A DNA stretch of 64,000 nucleotides, from assembly GCA_000830315.1 (NCBI GenBank), contig CP010426.1, forward strand, positions 588,663 to 652,662, read 5' to 3'. The stretch is from an archaeon GW2011_AR20 (GTDB lineage Archaea > Nanobdellota > Nanobdellia > SCGC-AAA011-G17 > GW2011-AR20). A program made the translations under genes and the position numbers. The notes beneath the pieces are model-generated. The model had not been told where the DNA came from and ran no database searches. It saw only the letters and a program-made list of their open reading frames with translations. Below, piece after piece: positions 48,746-58,652 of the stretch (positions are counted from its first letter, which is position 1; each line of letters begins with the position of its first letter).

Positions 48746-50388
48746 ATTATTCCAAACAAGTCTGTTAAATTTAATTCTAATGCGCTTACAGGCACTTCTA
48801 AATTCCAATTTTCTAAAACCGAGGGATGTATTTCCCCGATATAAGCAATATTTTTTCCATTTAAAGAAACTCTTCCAGCCCTTCCAGAAATAAATGAATT
48901 ATGTTCAATTTCTTTAATATCATATTTTAAATCTAAGCTCGAAAACAATGAATCAAGGATTTGCTTTATCTGTGTGAAATCTGCTTTATTATGGCATACT
49001 GCTATTGCCAATCTCTCTTGCTCGATTACACCCGTTTCAGAATTGCCTTTTTTAAAGATATTTCCGATTTCAAATATATTCTGGGGATATTCATTATGCT
49101 TGTTCTTGCTTAATATTTCTAACAAATTAGGAATTATCCAAGATCTTAAAGCATCATAACCTTGAGATAAAGAATTAGCTAAAGAAACAGTCTCTTGCTC
49201 ATTTAAATTCATCTTATTATATAAATTATTTTTGTTTGTTAAATTATAATTTCTAACTTCAATTAAATTTAATCCTATTAATATATCAATTATTTTTTCT
49301 TTAAATTCATAATATTTATCTTCTTTTGCAATTGTAGCTATATTTGGGATTGTTTCTGTAAACTTATCATATCCATAAGCAATTGCAATATCCTCGACTA
49401 AATCAATTTCATGTAAGATGTCTGCCCTGTAAGCTGGGATTAAAACCTTTTTATCCTTATAGCCATAACCCATTTTCTCTAATAACTTTTTAACATCATT
49501 TTCTTTTAAATCTAAGCCAAGAATTTTATTGGCATAATTAATATTTATCCTCATTTCTTCTGGTTCTAAATTTGGAGTAATCTCTTTTTTATTTCCATAT
49601 GTTAATTCATTTTCATATATTATTCCATTTAAATCGGCCAATGCACAAACAATAATATTCAGGCATTTCTTTAACACTTTTAAATCAAAGCCAGAACATT
49701 CAACAAAAACATCTTTTGTCTTTTCTGCAACCCTGCCAACTTTTTCAGAATTTATAATTGGTGGCATTGATAAAATATTATTGTTGGCATCAATAAATAA
49801 AGGATAAACCTTAGCATCTTTTAATAAATGCCCATATTCTTTTCCAGTAGAATGTTTTTCTAATATTTCATTAGCACTTATTTCATTATTTGAATCAAGA
49901 GGCTGGAATTTAATTTCATTTGGAGATTTAGCCAAAAATCTTATTGGAAATTTTATTTTTTCTAAAGGGTAAATTCCTATAGCTACTTTCTTCCTGTTTC
50001 TTCCATAAGTAATATGTAATTTTTCCTGCAATTGAATAATTTCCTTAATTCTTGCTTCATTCAAATTTAAATTTTTAACAACAGCGCAGACAGTATAAGG
50101 ACGAACTTGTTTTACAGAATCTTCAATAATTATCTTATAATCTGATTTTTCTGTTTTATATCTTTTTAATCCTAGTTTATGTTCTATAAGTTGTGCTAAT
50201 GAACGCGCTAATCCCGCTTCACTTAGCAAATCCGGCCTGTTTGGAAATATTTCAACAATTATTTCTTCATCTGTAATTTCATCTAAATCTGTCCCCAGAG
50301 ATGTTATTTTCTCTTTTAATTCTTCTAAACTTAATTTTTTTCCAATTAAATTTTCAACTTCCTTCCTGTTCAGATTTACTGTTGGCAT
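48733..50388 (-). CDS. pheT: Phenylalanyl-tRNA synthetase beta subunit (archaeal type)
   Basis: 551 aa. N-terminal B1-like and B3/B4 region, with the archaeal PheT pattern (FPNRPDLLSEAGLARSL). Confidence 0.85.
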   Translation of the reverse strand: MPTVNLNRKEVENLIGKKLSLEELKEKITSLGTDLDEITDEEIIVEIFPNRPDLLSEAGLARSLAQLIEHKLGLKRYKTEKSDYKIIIEDSVKQVRPYTVCAVVKNLNLNEARIKEIIQLQEKLHITYGRNRKKVAIGIYPLEKIKFPIRFLAKSPNEIKFQPLDSNNEISANEILEKHSTGKEYGHLLKDAKVYPLFIDANNNILSMPPIINSEKVGRVAEKTKDVFVECSGFDLKVLKKCLNIIVCALADLNGIIYENELTYGNKKEITPNLEPEEMRININYANKILGLDLKENDVKKLLEKMGYGYKDKKVLIPAYRADILHEIDLVEDIAIAYGYDKFTETIPNIATIAKEDKYYEFKEKIIDILIGLNLIEVRNYNLTNKNNLYNKMNLNEQETVSLANSLSQGYDALRSWIIPNLLEILSKNKHNEYPQNIFEIGNIFKKGNSETGVIEQERLAIAVCHNKADFTQIKQILDSLFSSLDLKYDIKEIEHNSFISGRAGRVSLNGKNIAYIGEIHPSVLENWNLEVPVSALELNLTDLFGIIYPK

Positions 50389-50389
50389 T

Positions 50390-52081
50390 TTATTTCATCC
50401 ATAATCTCATTTCTCTTAATTGTTTTAAATCATTTTTATACAATTCACGAATATCTGTAATTTTGTAGTATTCCAAAATGCCCCTTTCTAAACCCTGGCC
50501 AAAAGCCAATACAGGAACATTAATTCCTAATAAAGGCTTAACAACTTCTGGTCTAAACATACCGGCCCCGCCCAATTCAATCCATTTATTTCTTTCAGGA
50601 ATATAAGCGATACAATCAACCGACATTTCAGTATAAGGGTAATAAGAAGGCCTGAACTTAACTTTATCAATCCCTAATTTATTATAATACTCCCTTAAAT
50701 AACCAAGTAAATTTTTAAAATTAACACTCTCATCTATAATAATGCCTTCAATTTGATGTAACTCAAACAAATGAGCCCAATCAATTGCTTCATTTCTAAA
50801 TATTTTGCCAACAGAAAAAAACTTGGCTGGCAACTCCTCTTTCCTTAAAGCAGCAATTGTTCTTGCACTCAATACAGTAGTATGGGTTCTTAAAACTAAT
50901 TTTTTAGCTTCTTCCTCACTCCATTTATAATTCCAACCAGAACTTCCAGTTGTCCATCCATTTTCATGAACAGCTTTAACTCTTTTAACAATCTCGCTAT
51001 TAGGCAATTTTCCTTTGCCATTAATAAAAAAAGTATCTTGCATTTCTCTCGCTGGATGATCTTGCGGAACGAACAGCGCATCAAAATTCCAAAAGCTAGT
51101 TTGTACTAAATTTCCAGTCATTTCTTTAAACCCCAGTTCAAGCCATATTTTTCTTATGTAATTAATGGCTTCATTGACAAAATGTCTTCTTCCAGGATAA
51201 ATTCTTGGTATTTCTGATTGAATATTAAATCTCCTGAATGTCTTGTTTTTCCAGGATTTTTTTAACAGCATTTCCTGGTTCAATGATTCAATTAAATTGG
51301 TTTTTAGCTTATGATTAATTAATTCTTTTCCTAAATCAGTTAACCCAGCATAAATTGTTTTTTTAACATCTGTTTTAATTATTTCTTTTCTTGATCCGAG
51401 CTCATTGTAAATTAATTTATCTTCTTTGTTTAATTTTAACAATTCTAACGGTAATTTTTTTAAGAATAATTCTTCTTTGCTTTTTTCTCTCAATAATTTA
51501 TTTCCTTCATCTGTAACTGTAATTTCCTTTTTAAAATTAATCGCATTTAATCTCTTTAGTTTTCCGATAGAAACATTAATTTCATCCTGATTCAGGTGTT
51601 TCCTCAAGTTTTCTAGATTATTCGGAAGTAATTTTAGAAATTGTTTTTCGGGAAATCCTTTTTTTAGGTAAATTAACCCGTTCTTATCTAAATTTATGAT
51701 TTCCTTTTCTTCTTTGTTTATCTTAATTAAATTTTTAGCCTCTAACCAGCCCAATGCACGTAAGACTTCTATTTGCTGTAATCTTGATATTTCAGCTATC
51801 TTGCTTAATTCATTCTCTTCTTTTAATATTGGAAATACTTTTCTTTCTGATGGTGTAAGGCTTTCAATCAATTTCTCTTTTTCTGACTTTTCTTTAGGGG
51901 CATGAAGTTCATTCAAGAATTCCTGCTTGATTTCTTCCAGGTTCTTAGGCAGTTCTTTTCCTAGATATCTGCTTTTTTTGAGAAATTTGTTACTTTGCCT
52001 TATTGTATGAAATAAATACCAATAATCCTGGCCTTTAATATTGACTTTTTTAACATAAGCCATAAAATAATTAATTACCAC
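50390..52081 (-). CDS. pheS: Phenylalanyl-tRNA synthetase alpha subunit (archaeal long form)
   Basis: Class II motifs (FVPQDHPAREMQDTFF, GLERGIL). 563 aa. Abuts pheT. Confidence 0.9.
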   Translation of the reverse strand: MVINYFMAYVKKVNIKGQDYWYLFHTIRQSNKFLKKSRYLGKELPKNLEEIKQEFLNELHAPKEKSEKEKLIESLTPSERKVFPILKEENELSKIAEISRLQQIEVLRALGWLEAKNLIKINKEEKEIINLDKNGLIYLKKGFPEKQFLKLLPNNLENLRKHLNQDEINVSIGKLKRLNAINFKKEITVTDEGNKLLREKSKEELFLKKLPLELLKLNKEDKLIYNELGSRKEIIKTDVKKTIYAGLTDLGKELINHKLKTNLIESLNQEMLLKKSWKNKTFRRFNIQSEIPRIYPGRRHFVNEAINYIRKIWLELGFKEMTGNLVQTSFWNFDALFVPQDHPAREMQDTFFINGKGKLPNSEIVKRVKAVHENGWTTGSSGWNYKWSEEEAKKLVLRTHTTVLSARTIAALRKEELPAKFFSVGKIFRNEAIDWAHLFELHQIEGIIIDESVNFKNLLGYLREYYNKLGIDKVKFRPSYYPYTEMSVDCIAYIPERNKWIELGGAGMFRPEVVKPLLGINVPVLAFGQGLERGILEYYKITDIRELYKNDLKQLREMRLWMK

Positions 52082-52159
52082 TTATTTATAAATCTTTCTA
52101 TTAATTACCACGATATTACATACCACAAATATAAAGAATCTAATAGTTAATTACCACAA

Positions 52160-52513
52160 TTAAGCCACTTTTTGTTCTAAACGTTGCACTTTTTTATAAT
52201 CAAAAATATCTTGTTCTATTTCATCAGCTTTAGGCCCCATAATGAAAATATTAACTAAACCACTATCATGCCTTTCTAATTTTACTTCATTTTTCAAGCC
52301 ACGATAAGTGTGGGATACTATCTTATGAAAATCCTTAATAAAATGTAAACCAAATCTTCCAAGTAAATAAACACTTGATTGAATAATTTTATGAATAGTA
52401 CTCAAGTCCTCTTTTGTTAATGTGTTCAATGAGAAGGTTATGCGATTATTATAATTTCCAGTTAACAAACTTGTCTTTTCATTCTCATATTGTATTTCGC
52501 CGTAGGATTTCAT
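52160..52513 (-). CDS. Hypothetical protein
   Basis: 117-aa ORF downstream of the GC-tailed ORF. Confidence 0.35.
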   Translation of the reverse strand: MKSYGEIQYENEKTSLLTGNYNNRITFSLNTLTKEDLSTIHKIIQSSVYLLGRFGLHFIKDFHKIVSHTYRGLKNEVKLERHDSGLVNIFIMGPKADEIEQDIFDYKKVQRLEQKVA

Positions 52514-52518
52514 TTTTT

Positions 52519-53130
52519 TTAAACTTCAAAATTTTTGCGCGATTCACGCACCCCGAGACCCCCATTCGAGTAAAAGGGACTCCCCCTACAGTTGAGGTAA
52601 GCCCAGTCCGAGCCAGCGACGAACCTCGCGACACGACCATCTATTGGTGAAAAATAAAAGATTTCCTTACCTCGCAATTTTGTAACTAATCCATCTTCAT
52701 TAATATGCTTAAAACTAGTCCAACCACCCATCATCAAAGGTTTAATTTCTTTGATAGAAGTTGGACTTATTTTATCATTAATAACCTTAAATCCAGATTC
52801 CATGTACCACTTTTCATCATATTTAAAAAATCTATTTCCGAAATATTCAGCCCTCCAAGGAGTCCTTCGATCAATCATTTCATCAAGTAAACCTTGTTTT
52901 TCTAAAGTGCTTACTAAACTGCCTTTTCCATCATAAGTTTTTTTTCTTGAATCTAATAAATCTCTTAAATCTAAAAAATCCCTAATCTCACACATATCTC
53001 CTTTTCTTTCAGCTAATTTTCTTATTTGTTCTTCCCAATCATGCTTGTACAGAACTCTATTTTTAGCCGAATATAAATTAGAATCCCTATCTTTTATTAA
53101 AATATAATCTGCTGGATTTATTTCTGCCAT
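52519..53130 (-). CDS. Hypothetical protein whose last roughly 40 codons are encoded by a sharply GC-rich segment (52519..52640)
   Basis: The ORF is open through the GC island. Codon usage in the tail (cgt, gtc, gcg, ggc, tcg, ctc, ggg, ccc) is alien to the rest of the genome. The tail peptide resembles the C-terminal module of the 24296/53920 paralogs. Confidence 0.45.
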   Translation of the reverse strand: MAEINPADYILIKDRDSNLYSAKNRVLYKHDWEEQIRKLAERKGDMCEIRDFLDLRDLLDSRKKTYDGKGSLVSTLEKQGLLDEMIDRRTPWRAEYFGNRFFKYDEKWYMESGFKVINDKISPTSIKEIKPLMMGGWTSFKHINEDGLVTKLRGKEIFYFSPIDGRVARFVAGSDWAYLNCRGSPFYSNGGLGVRESRKNFEV

Positions 53131-53131
53131 T

Positions 53132-53923
53132 TTACTTTAAACTTTCCCAGGTTAAATTAAACATCTGCTCTAGTGCTGAAGCAAAATAGCTTGTATCTAC
53201 CCATACTCCTGTATCATAACTTTCATGAACCTTGTCATCTTCCATCATCATGAACAGCAATTCCTTTCCATCTACAACGCAGAATCTTGCATTCACCTTG
53301 TCTATATTCCTGACATCTGCATATTTTCTTAATATTTCAACAGTATCCTTATTATCCTTTGTAATGGGGGCAGCTATTCTTACCTTAACATTCTTGAATT
53401 TCTTTAATAATGGAACCAGAATTTCAGATTTTCTCTGCAATCCTTTTGCTGTGGTCATTATTGTAACACTTTTCTGGGCTTTTCTCATCATATCCTCTAA
53501 TAAATCATAAACTTTGCTTCTTCCTTTTAATGCCCCTGATAAATCACTTGGGTCAACTTTCTTAATGCCCTGGTCATGCAATAATTGTAACTCGCGATAT
53601 AATTCTGTTTTTCTTACATCTTCAAGCATCTTAACCTGCTCTTCTGCCTTTCTTGACAATTGTGACTTAACCCTTCTAAGAATTTCCTCGGGTTTAACAG
53701 CCATATACTTTATTGGCTTTCCTAATTTCATTATGATAAAGCCTTTCTTTTCTAGACTTTCTAGAACATCATAGCTTCTTGATCTAGGAACATTGCTAAT
53801 TTCGGATAATTCTCCAGCTGCACTTACACCCCTGCTTAATAATGCCGTCCAGATTTTTACCTCATATTCATTTAAATCAAATGCGCTTCTTAATTTTTTT
53901 AAAAAATCTTCTTTGACTATCAT
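53132..53923 (-). CDS. TrmB-family transcriptional regulator
   Basis: N-terminal TrmB wHTH (LNEYEVKIWTALLSRGVSAAGELSEISNVPRSRSYDVLESLEKKGF) plus a C-terminal TrmB domain. Confidence 0.8.
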   Translation of the reverse strand: MIVKEDFLKKLRSAFDLNEYEVKIWTALLSRGVSAAGELSEISNVPRSRSYDVLESLEKKGFIIMKLGKPIKYMAVKPEEILRRVKSQLSRKAEEQVKMLEDVRKTELYRELQLLHDQGIKKVDPSDLSGALKGRSKVYDLLEDMMRKAQKSVTIMTTAKGLQRKSEILVPLLKKFKNVKVRIAAPITKDNKDTVEILRKYADVRNIDKVNARFCVVDGKELLFMMMEDDKVHESYDTGVWVDTSYFASALEQMFNLTWESLK

Positions 53924-54786
53924 ATTATTCTCCTTAACTTAATATTTCTGACTTGTTTAACAGCTAATTCATATTGTTGTTGTAATTCTTTTTCTTTTTT
54001 TAATCTTTCCTGCTCTAGTTTAGCAACTCGTTCATCGAGACTTCCACTGGAAAAATTTCGTACGACGTTCACCCTGCCATTGACATTCGAGCCAGCCAAG
54101 TTCTCGCCCCTGGCATTGAGGCTCAAGTTCCCGTACCGATAGAACCCGAAGACGCCATTATTGTTGTCTACATATAAAGTTCTGTTTCCTCTTCCTAACT
54201 TGCTTGGAAATCCTGTCTTCTGTAAACCCTTGTCACTGGAATCAAATTTGCCTGTTTTTCTATTTAAAATTGGAACATTATAAACTTCTGTTAATTCATC
54301 TGCATTTAATCCTAGACCATTTTCATAAGTTGAATTTTTAACAACATTCATTAATCCAGTTATTACAAATGGTTTGCTTAATTTAACATTAGGAAAATCA
54401 CTTTTAACCTGCTCCCTTAAGTTTTCCCATAAGTTGGGGTTAACTCCTTCTTTTGGATAAACTATTAATCCCAAATCTTCGTAAGTTGAAGTCGGATCTG
54501 TTAAAGTATCATTTGCTAAAGCAATTTCACTTTCTCTGGCGTTTATTGGATGAACATTTTCTCCTGTAATTTGTCTGTAAGCATTTACAACTGCATTTCT
54601 AAAATAAATATTGCTTCCTCTTACAGGACCTTGAGATTTGATATCTAAAGTAACTAAAGCTGCTTTTGTATCCTTATAATCTGTCAATACTTTCTTAACA
54701 GCTTCTCTTCCAGCTTCATCGTATTGCAATTGAAATATCTGAGGAACATCTACTTTAATTATCGGTTGCCCTTGTGTTGATTTCAT
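53920..54786 (-). CDS. Uncharacterized protein, paralog B of the family at 24296..25171
   Basis: Shares multiple conserved blocks with paralog A. Contains a 110-nt GC-rich segment (about 54058..54170) near its 3' end. Overlaps the trmB start. Confidence 0.6.
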   Translation of the reverse strand: MKSTQGQPIIKVDVPQIFQLQYDEAGREAVKKVLTDYKDTKAALVTLDIKSQGPVRGSNIYFRNAVVNAYRQITGENVHPINARESEIALANDTLTDPTSTYEDLGLIVYPKEGVNPNLWENLREQVKSDFPNVKLSKPFVITGLMNVVKNSTYENGLGLNADELTEVYNVPILNRKTGKFDSSDKGLQKTGFPSKLGRGNRTLYVDNNNGVFGFYRYGNLSLNARGENLAGSNVNGRVNVVRNFSSGSLDERVAKLEQERLKKEKELQQQYELAVKQVRNIKLRRII

Positions 54787-54864
54787 TTTAACTCGAGTAA
54801 ATTAGAAGTAAGTTAGTATTTATAAAGCTTTCGTTTTATGCGCACTTTAAAGTAGTTACATTTA

Positions 54865-55995
54865 TTAAAATTTTAGAACAAATTTCTCAACCAATTTTCC
54901 GGCTTTTCTTCTCTTTTCCTGGTGTTTTTTCAGAAATTTGTTTAATTTCTCTATTAAGATTTGCTTTAGCTCGGATGTTAATAAACTGCCTGATTTATAA
55001 TCATCATAAATTTTTTTTAGTTTTTCATCATTGTCTTCAAAATAAGTCAGCCATTGATAACTTACATCCACGTCCGGATTTCCGCCTTTTTTTCTGTGTT
55101 CTTCAATTGTGCTTCTGCCGCCGGAAAAGGCATATTTCCTGATTTTAGTTTCAATTTCTTTTTCTGAATCTGTGGTTAATATGGAAAGATTATCTTCAGA
55201 ACTTGACATTTTTCCTTCCATGCCTGTTAAGGGAGGCATGAATTTGGAATGAAGGATTGCTGGTTTATGATAACCAAGTTTTTCAACTACATCCCTGCTT
55301 ATTCTAAAATGAACGTCCTGGTCAATTGCCAGAGGAATCAGGCACGGCCTGTTTTCTTTTCTTAGAATATTTGGCAGAAACACAGGAACAGTCTGCATTG
55401 CAGTATAGAAAATGCTCCCTATATTATTTGAATCCGTAAATCCAAATGCTGCTTTAATTGTTGAGAAATTTATTTTTTTTGCTACCTTGATTGCCTCCGG
55501 GTACAGCAAGCCCGCGTGTTTTGTATCTATTAAAAAATGCGTGTTTTTCGGATTAAAGCCAAGTGCAATAACATCCAGCATGTTTTCATAAGTCCATTTC
55601 TGAATCTCATCATAACTCTTGCCTTTAAACAAAAACTTTTCATCGTCTGTGAATTGAAACCATAATTCTGTCTTAAATTTGTCCTGCAGCCATTTTGTAA
55701 ATGACCAAACAGATAAATGCCCTATGTGAATTGGGCCAGAAGGACCGCATCCCGTATATAAAAAGAATTTATTTCCTTTTTCATATTCGTCCAAGCACCA
55801 TTTCAAATCACGCTGGGCAAAGAATATTTTTCTTCTTAAATAAGGGTGCAGATCTTTTGTATATTTTTTTATCCTGCTTAAATCCTCATCGCTTATTTTA
55901 TTAACACCAAATTCTTTTATTAATTTATCATAGTCAATCTTGCCCCTGACTTCATAAGGACCAACACTAAATTCTCTTTTTTGCATATTTAACAA
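54865..55995 (-). CDS. trpS: Tryptophanyl-tRNA synthetase (archaeal/eukaryotic type)
   Basis: HIGH motif GPSGPIHIGH and KMSSS motif. Confidence 0.9.
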   Translation of the reverse strand: MLNMQKREFSVGPYEVRGKIDYDKLIKEFGVNKISDEDLSRIKKYTKDLHPYLRRKIFFAQRDLKWCLDEYEKGNKFFLYTGCGPSGPIHIGHLSVWSFTKWLQDKFKTELWFQFTDDEKFLFKGKSYDEIQKWTYENMLDVIALGFNPKNTHFLIDTKHAGLLYPEAIKVAKKINFSTIKAAFGFTDSNNIGSIFYTAMQTVPVFLPNILRKENRPCLIPLAIDQDVHFRISRDVVEKLGYHKPAILHSKFMPPLTGMEGKMSSSEDNLSILTTDSEKEIETKIRKYAFSGGRSTIEEHRKKGGNPDVDVSYQWLTYFEDNDEKLKKIYDDYKSGSLLTSELKQILIEKLNKFLKKHQEKRRKAGKLVEKFVLKF

Positions 55996-56016
55996 AAATT
56001 AAGTTAATATTTAAAT

Positions 56017-57585
56017 TTAACCACTAAACCATTTCTTTGTAAGCTCTCTTAATAAATAAACTGCTACAAGCAACAATGCAATATACCCTACCAAGGTATA
56101 AATCTGGGGCAAAACAGCGTCCAAGCCCTGGTTAAATAATAATATCTTTCTTAATGCAGTTTCTCCTTGTATGTATGGATTAAACTGCACAATATCACGC
56201 AAAGAGCCGGGCAGTGTTTCCAGAGGCAAGATTGTGTTTGAAAAGAACAATAATATTGCACCCAAAGATACAGAAGCGATGTTTGCTGTCTCGCCTGATT
56301 TGAATAAATAACCAATTAGCATTCCAAGGAGTATGAAAACGCTTCCAAGCAAAATTAATATGATAAATGCATTAAACAAAGCAACATCTGTCACAACTGT
56401 GTCTGTTATTCCAAACATAACAATGAATATTATGACTAATTGCACCAAAACAATCAGCACGCTTGAGATATAATTTCCCATGATAAATATGATATCCGGC
56501 GTCGGAGTAATAAAATTCCTGAAATATGCCTTGCTTTCTTTTTCCTGCACAATTGTAGTTGATGCAAGCAATAATCCTGCAAACAATAAAACTAGAACAA
56601 CTAAAGTCGGGAATGTATAATTCAAATTAGTTGATTCTGCGGCAACGGGCTTTATTTCAGTTGTCACAGGAGAAACAATTCTTGCAACATCCCTTATTTC
56701 AATTGAGTCAATATCAGCATTTATTTCCTTAATTGTTTTTTCCAAATCTTTCGTGTTCTTAATATCCTCATTTAATTTAGTTTTTACATTTAATAAAGAT
56801 CCTTGATTATCGTCGCGAAGACCTTTAACAGAGGCAACCAAAACAATATATTCATCTTCTATATTCTCGATCACATCTCTCAAATCCCTGTATTTGGCGG
56901 AATTTGGAACACATTCGCCGGTTTCTGAATCAACTGCACAATCATCCTTCTCCAGCACCTTAATCTCCTCATCAACCTCTGAGAAATTGCCTGTTGTATT
57001 CAAATTTAATGCGTTTAAATCATCTATGATATCATTTACAGAATTTCTTGATTCAGTCAATGAGGCAGACAGTGACGTCACTGAACCGGATTTTTCGGTT
57101 AATTTTGTATCGACGTTATTCAGGCTTGTTAATAGCCTGCTTGTCAATGCAGTGCTTAACTCTGTCGATTTTGTCGCAATTTTACTAGAGATCCTGTCTA
57201 AGATAATATAAACAAAATTAATTCTGGATTTATCAACATGAAATACAATTTTGTCATTTGTTTTTAAGCTTAGATCTGGCGGAAAAATCGTGCATACATG
57301 CACATCCCCTGATTTGATCATGTCAATACATCTTGCTTCACTATCAACTTTAATGACTTTGAACTGCTCGTCCTGCAGTTTCTCAACAATGGAATTGCTT
57401 AATTCGCTGTAACTGCCTGAATATGTTCCAACCTTTATATCAAATAACGAGCTTGTGTTAAATGCTAATCCGATTAATAACATTAAAGCTAAGGGTCCTA
57501 ATAAGACAATTAATGCAGAGCTCTTGCTCCTTATTAATAACTTAATATTTTTCTTTATTATCTCTAGTAACTTTGACATTCTCAA
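56017..57585 (-). CDS. ABC-2-type transporter permease with a large extracytoplasmic domain
   Basis: N-terminal TM, a roughly 280-aa soluble loop, and a C-terminal cluster of 5 TM segments. Downstream of the ABC ATPase. Confidence 0.65.
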   Translation of the reverse strand: MRMSKLLEIIKKNIKLLIRSKSSALIVLLGPLALMLLIGLAFNTSSLFDIKVGTYSGSYSELSNSIVEKLQDEQFKVIKVDSEARCIDMIKSGDVHVCTIFPPDLSLKTNDKIVFHVDKSRINFVYIILDRISSKIATKSTELSTALTSRLLTSLNNVDTKLTEKSGSVTSLSASLTESRNSVNDIIDDLNALNLNTTGNFSEVDEEIKVLEKDDCAVDSETGECVPNSAKYRDLRDVIENIEDEYIVLVASVKGLRDDNQGSLLNVKTKLNEDIKNTKDLEKTIKEINADIDSIEIRDVARIVSPVTTEIKPVAAESTNLNYTFPTLVVLVLLFAGLLLASTTIVQEKESKAYFRNFITPTPDIIFIMGNYISSVLIVLVQLVIIFIVMFGITDTVVTDVALFNAFIILILLGSVFILLGMLIGYLFKSGETANIASVSLGAILLFFSNTILPLETLPGSLRDIVQFNPYIQGETALRKILLFNQGLDAVLPQIYTLVGYIALLLVAVYLLRELTKKWFSG

Positions 57586-58552
57586 CCTCTTTTTTTACAT
57601 CCTTTGCTTCTAATTTTGTTAATTCCTCGAATAATTCAGTTAAACTCGGCTTGCCCACTCCAACGCTGATTATCTTTGTCTTGCCTTTTTTTGCCAGGCT
57701 AATCATGTTTTTCAATGCTTTTTCGTTTTTTTGTGTTGTGTAAATATAAATTTTGTTTCCCCTTATGGAATATTTCTTAACATCTTTTTTTCTTTTTAGT
57801 TTCTTGATTAAATGCGAATAATCCCTATCTTCTGTTTCCAGGCTGATTTCAGAGTATCTTGCATATTTATTTTTTAGTTCATTTATATTTCCAGAATCAA
57901 CCACTTTTTTCTTGTCTAAAATTGCTACGTCCCTGCAAATGTATTCAACTTCATCTAATAAATGAGAAGTAATAATTATTGTGATATCTTTTTCCCTGTT
58001 AATCTTATGCAACAAGTCTAAAATTTCATTTCTTAATGCAGGATCTAGATCCTCTGTTGGTTCGTCAAGAATTAAGACTTTTGGGTCATGTATTAACGCA
58101 CACGCAATATCTAAACGTTTTTGCATGCCAGAACTGAGTTTCCACGCAATTAGATCATGCGCATCCTCTAGTTCAACCAATCTTAATAACTCGGGAATTT
58201 TTTCTTTTAAAACATTTGTGGGAATATTATACATCTTTCCAAAGTACCATAAATTTTCATCTACTGTTAACTTGGGATAAAAGCTACCTTCCTGTGCTGC
58301 AAATCCAAACTGTTGCTGTATGCTCTGTAAATCCCTATGTATGTCTCGAGATTGAAATAGAATTTGTCCTTTATCCGGCTTCAAAAATCCAACCAGTAAG
58401 CTAAGAAGTGTTGTCTTTCCAGATCCTGATCTTCCGATGATTCCGAAGATATCCTTATACGGGATGCTTAGGCTTAAATTATCAAGGATTACTTTTGCGC
58501 CGAATGATTTGGTTATGTTTTCAAACTGTATAAAAGGTTGTTCAGCCATCAA
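57542..58552 (-). CDS. ABC transporter ATP-binding protein
   Basis: Walker A GRSGSGKT, signature LSSGMQKR, Walker B ILDEPT. Confidence 0.85.
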   Translation of the reverse strand: MMAEQPFIQFENITKSFGAKVILDNLSLSIPYKDIFGIIGRSGSGKTTLLSLLVGFLKPDKGQILFQSRDIHRDLQSIQQQFGFAAQEGSFYPKLTVDENLWYFGKMYNIPTNVLKEKIPELLRLVELEDAHDLIAWKLSSGMQKRLDIACALIHDPKVLILDEPTEDLDPALRNEILDLLHKINREKDITIIITSHLLDEVEYICRDVAILDKKKVVDSGNINELKNKYARYSEISLETEDRDYSHLIKKLKRKKDVKKYSIRGNKIYIYTTQKNEKALKNMISLAKKGKTKIISVGVGKPSLTELFEELTKLEAKDVKKEVENVKVTRDNKEKY

Positions 58553-58652
58553 TATACTTTAATCAAAAATCATATTTAAAGTTAATCTAGTTACTTTAAA
58601 GTGGGTATTAAGAATAAAAGTTAATTTTTTAAACAAATTAGTAATTAAGATA

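Noticed and set aside
52537-52640. GC-rich island tested as a tRNA or 5S-like gene on both strands
   Set aside because: No acceptor/T-arm cloverleaf could be built. GGTTCG and TTCGAGT-like strings are present but not in a T-loop context. It is kept as a finding (coding module versus unknown sRNA), but not called as a tRNA.
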